The position numbers and the translations under genes are program-made. Under the pieces are notes generated by a model. The model saw only the letters and a program-made list of their open reading frames with translations. It was not told the DNA's origin and did not search any database. Below, in pieces: positions 59,601 through 64,000 of a DNA stretch of 64,000 nucleotides. The number at the start of each line of letters is the position of its first letter. The stretch's first letter is position 1. This stretch comes from the human T2T-CHM13v2.0 reference genome, Homo sapiens. The stretch is from NCBI RefSeq assembly GCF_009914755.1, contig NC_060933.1; one strand, 5' to 3'.

Positions 59601-62600
59601 CTTTTTGTACTATCTGCAAGTGGACATTTGGAGTGCTTTGAGGCCTATGGTGGAAATGGAGATATCTTCACATAAAAACTAGACAGAAGCAATCTGAGAA
59701 ACTTCTTTTTGATGTGTGCATACATCTCACAGAGTTAAACATTTCCTGTGATGGAGCACTTTTGAAACTCTCTTTTTGTAGAATCAGCAACTGGACATTT
59801 TGAGCTCTTTGAGGCCTATGGTGGAAAAGGAAACATCTTCACATAAAAACTAGACGGAAGAATTCTCAGAAATTTCTTTGTGGTGTGTGAGTTCATCTCA
59901 CAGAGTAGAACCTTTCTTTTGATTGAGCAGTTTGGAAACACTCTTTTTGTAGAATCTGCAAGTGGACATATGGAGAACTTTGTGGCCTATAGTGGAAAAG
60001 GAAATATCTTCACATAAAAACTAGACAGAAGAATTCTGAGAAATTTCTTTGTGATGTATGCATTCATCTCATAGCCTTGAGCATTTCTTCTGATTGAGCA
60101 GCTTTGAAACACTCTTTTTGTAGAATCTGCATGTGGACATTTGGAGCGCTTTGAGGCCTATAGTGGAAAAGGAAATATCTTCATATAAAAACTATACAGA
60201 AACATTCTTACAAACTTCTTAGTGATGTGTGCATTCATCTCATAGAGTTGAACCTTTCTGTTCATTGAGCAGTTTTGAAAAACTCTTTTTGTGGAATGTG
60301 CAATTGTACATTTGAAGCGATTTGAGGCCTATGGTTGAAAAGGAAATATGTTCACATAAAAACTAGACAGAAGCATTCTGACCAATTACTTTGTGATGTG
60401 TGCATTCATCTAACAGAGTTGAACCTTTCTTTTGGTTGAGTAGTTTGGAAATTCTCTTTTTGTAGGATCTGCAAGAGCACATTAGGAGTGCTTTGGGGCC
60501 TAAGGTGGAAAAGGTAATATCTTCACTTAAGAAGTAGACAGAAGCATTCTGAGTAACTTCTTTGTGATGTGTGCATTCATCTCACAGAGTTGAACCTTTC
60601 TTTTGATTGAGTAGCTTAGAAACTCTCTTTTTGTAGAATCTGCAAGTGGACATTTGGAGCGCATTTGGGCCTATGGTGGAAAAGGAAATATCTTCATTTA
60701 AGAAGTAGACGGAAGCATTCTGTGAAACTGCTTTGTGATGTGTGCATTCCTCTCACAGAGCTGAAACTTTATTTTAATTGAGCGGTTTTGAAAAACTCTT
60801 TTTCTAGAAATTGCAAGTGGACATTTGGAGTGCTTTGCAGCCGACGGTGGAAAAGGAAATATCTTCACATACAAACTAGACAAAAGCATTCTGACAAGCT
60901 TATTTGTGATGGGTGCATTCATCTCAAAGAGTTGAACCTTACTTTCGATTGAGCAGTTTTGAAACACTCTTTTTGTAGAATCTGCAAGTGGACATTTGGA
61001 GAGCTTTGAGGCCTGTGGTGGAAAAGGAAATATCTTCACACAAAACTAGACAGAAGCATTCTGAGAAACTTATATGTAATATATGCAATCATCTCACAGA
61101 ATTTCAACTTTCTTTTGATTGAGCAACTTTGAAACACTCTTTTTGTAGTATCTGCAAGTGGACATTTTTGGCGCTTTGAGGCAATGGTGGAAAAGGAAAT
61201 AGCTTCACATAAAAACTATACAGAAACATTCTGAAAAACTTCACTGAGATGTGTGGATTCATCTCACAGAGTTGAACCTTTCTTTTGATTGAACAGTTTT
61301 GAAAGACTCTTTTTGTAGAATGTGAATTTGGACATTTGGTGCGCTTTGCAGCCTATGGTAGAAAAGGAAATATCTTCACATAAAAACTAGACAGAAGCAT
61401 TCTGACAAACTTCTTTGTGATTTGTGCATTCATCTCACAGAGTTGAACCTTTCTTTTGATTGAGCGGCTTTGAAACACTCTTTTTGTAGAATCTGCATGT
61501 GGACATTTGGAGCTCTTTGAGGCCTATGGTGGAAAACGAAATACCTTCACATAAAAACTATACAGAAACATTCTGATAAACTTCTTTGTTATGTGTGCAT
61601 TCTTCTCACAGATTTGAACCTTTCTTTCCATTGAGCAGTTTTGAAAAACTCTTTTTGTGGAATCTGCAATTGTACATTTGAAGCGCTTTGAAGCCTATGG
61701 CTTAAAAGGAAATATGTTCACATAAAAACTAGACAGAATCATTCATAGAAAATCCTTTGTGTTGTGTGCATTCATCTCACCGGGTTGAACATTTCTTTTG
61801 ATTGAGCAGGTTTAAACACTCTTTTTGTAGAATCTGCAAGTGGACATTAGGAGCCCTTTGAGTCCTGTGGTGGAATAGGAAATATCTTCATTTAAGAACT
61901 AGACAGAAGCATTCAGAGAAACTTCTTTGTGATGTGTGCGTTCATCTCACAGAGTTGAAACTTTCTTTTCATTGAGCAGTTTTGAAACAATCTTTTTGTA
62001 GAATCTGCAAGTAGACATTTGGAGCGCTTTGCAGCCTATGGTGGAAAAGGAAACATCTATACATGAAAACTAGACAGAAGCATTCTGACAAACTTCTTTG
62101 TGATGTGTGCTTTCATATCACAGAGTTGAACATTTCTTTTGCTTGAGCAGTTTGGAAACACTCTTTTTATAGAACCCGCATGTGGACATTTGGAGTGCTT
62201 TGAGGCCTACGGTGGAAAAGGAAACATCTTCATATGAAAACTAGACAGAAGCATTCTGACAGACTTTTTTTGATGTGAGAATTCACCTCACAGAGTTGAA
62301 CCCTACCTTCGATTGAGCAGTTTTGAAACACTCTTTTTGTAGGATTTGCAATTGGACATTTGGAGTGCTTTGAGGACTATGGTGGAAAAGGAAATATCTG
62401 CACATAAACACTAGACAGAATTATTCTGAGAATATTATTTGTGATGTGTACATTCATCTCACAGAGGTGAACCTTTCTTTTGATTGAGCAGTTTTGAAAC
62501 ACTATTTTTGTGGGATCTGTAAGTGGACATTTGGAGCGTTTTGACGCCTATGCTGGAAAAGGAAATATCTTCACATAAAAACTGGACAGAAGCATTCTGA

Positions 62601-64000
62601 GAAATTTCTTTGTGATGTGAGCATTCATCTCACAGAGTTGAAGCTTTCTTTTGATTGAACAGCTTTGAAACACTCTTTTTGTAGAATCTGCATGTGGAAA
62701 TTTGGAGCATTTTGAGGCCTATTGTTGAAAAGGTAATATCTTCACATAATAACTAGACCCAAGCATTCTGAGAATCTTCTTTGTGATATGTGCATTTATC
62801 TCACAGCGTTGAAATTTTCTTTTGATAGAGTGGTTTGGAAACTCTTTTTGTAGAATCTGCAAGGGGACATTTGGAGAGCTTTGAGTCCTGTGTTGGAAAA
62901 GGAAATATCTACACTTAAGAACCTGACAGAAGAATTCTGAGAAACTTCTTTGTGAAATGTGCATTCATCTCACGGAGTTGAACCTTTCTTTTGATTGAGC
63001 AGTTTTGAAACACTCTTTCTGCAGGATCTGCAAGTGGACATTTGCAGCCCTTTGGGGCCTATGGTGGAAAAGGAAATATCTTCATATAAAGACTAGACAG
63101 AAGCATTCTGGCAAATTTCTTTGTGATGTGTGCATTCATCTCACTGAGGTGAACCTTTTTTTGATTGAGTAGTTTGGAAACTCTCTTTTTGTGGAATCCG
63201 GAAGTGGACATTTGGAGTGCTTTGGGACCAATGGTGGAAAAGGAAATATCTTCACTTAAGAACTAGACAGAAGCATTCTCAGAAACTTCTTTGTGATGTG
63301 TGCATTCATCTCACAGAGTTGAACCTTTCTTTTGATTGAGCAGTTTTGAAACACTCTTTTCGTAGAATCTGCAAGCGGACATTTGGAGCGCTTTGAGGCC
63401 TATGGTGGAAAAGGAAATATCTTCACAAAAAAACTAGACAGAAACATTCTGAAAAACCTCTTTGTGATGTGTGCATTCATCTCACAGGGTTGAAACTTAC
63501 TTTCGATTGAGCAATTTTTAAACACTCTTTTTGTAGTGTCTAGAATTGGACATTTGGAGTACTTAGAGTCCTATGGAGGAAAAGGAAATATCTTCATATA
63601 AAAACTAGAGAGAAGTGTTTTGAGAAACTCTTTGTGATGTGTGCATGCATTCATCTCACAGATTTGAACCTTTCTTTTGATTCAGCAGCTTTGAAACACT
63701 CTTTTTGTAGCATCTAGAATTGGACATTTGGAGCGCTTAGAGTCCTATGGTGGAAAAGGAAATATATTCACGTAAAAACTAGACAGAATCATTCAGAGAA
63801 AATTCTTTGTGATGTGTGCATTCATCTCACAGAGTTAAACCGTTATTTTGATGGAGCAGTTTGGAAAAACTTTTTTTGTACGATCTGGATGTTTACATTT
63901 GGAGCGTTTTGAGGCCTATGGTGTAAAAGGAAATATCTTCAAATAAAAACTAGACAGAAGCATTCTGAGAAACTTCTTTGTGATGGGTGCATTCATCTCA
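53686..64000. repeat. Monomeric (divergent, non-HOR) alpha satellite, ~60 x 171-bp units in one orientation; continues past the window end
   Basis: Repeating ggaaaaggaaatatcttcacataaaaactagacagaagcattctgagaaacttctttgtgatgtgtgcattcatctcacagagttgaac... The box position is consistently pJalpha/A-type (cctatggtggaaaaggaa); no TTCG....A..CGGG CENP-B box seen. Confidence 0.98.

Noticed and set aside
53686-64000. Regular repeats as a CRISPR array or repeat-encoded protein family (ORFs such as MKIFPFPP...)
   Set aside because: Contiguous 171-bp tandem units with no unique spacers; the ORFs are incidental translations of alpha satellite.
53686-64000. Active centromere core
   Set aside because: No CENP-B boxes seen and monomers are divergent, without a homogeneous higher-order repeat.

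Overview
Human (or great-ape) pericentromeric DNA: a mosaic of segmental duplications running into alpha satellite. From left to right there are five blocks. (1) About 1-8.3 kb is an AT-rich block with old L1 fragments and a 268-bp dispersed duplication. (2) About 8.4-29.3 kb is a GC- and Alu-rich duplicon holding a complete 8-exon unprocessed AQP7 (aquaglyceroporin 7) pseudogene on the minus strand. All its splice sites, the poly(A) signal and the promoter DR1/PPRE are intact, but it has a nonsense codon in exon 3 and a +1 frameshift in exon 7. (3) About 29.3-44.7 kb is a duplicon with two orphan, in-frame MTHFD1L exons on the plus strand, head-to-head with the AQP7 promoter. (4) About 44.8-53.6 kb holds a 5'-truncated young L1PA, AT-rich DNA, an MLT1 LTR and a heavily decayed ERV-L pol (RT/RNase H) relic. 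(5) About 115 bp of 48-bp CER satellite is followed by ~10.3 kb (~60 units) of monomeric 171-bp alpha satellite in which I saw no CENP-B boxes. From memory this arrangement resembles the AQP7P/MTHFD1L-pseudogene clusters of the chr9 (or chr2) pericentromere; the exact paralog cannot be assigned from sequence alone. No intact protein-coding gene, RNA gene or CRISPR array is supported, and nearly all ORF-track entries are repeat-derived or spurious. I cannot claim a new biological system. The best leads are a possible chimeric divergent transcript (AQP7-promoter neo-exon spliced in frame to the MTHFD1L exons), an ancient intronic inverted repeat that appears to be kept similar by gene conversion, a re-initiation ORF in the AQP7 pseudogene, and layered structure at the satellite junction. 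Repeat family names and parent-gene comparisons are from memory, not database searches.
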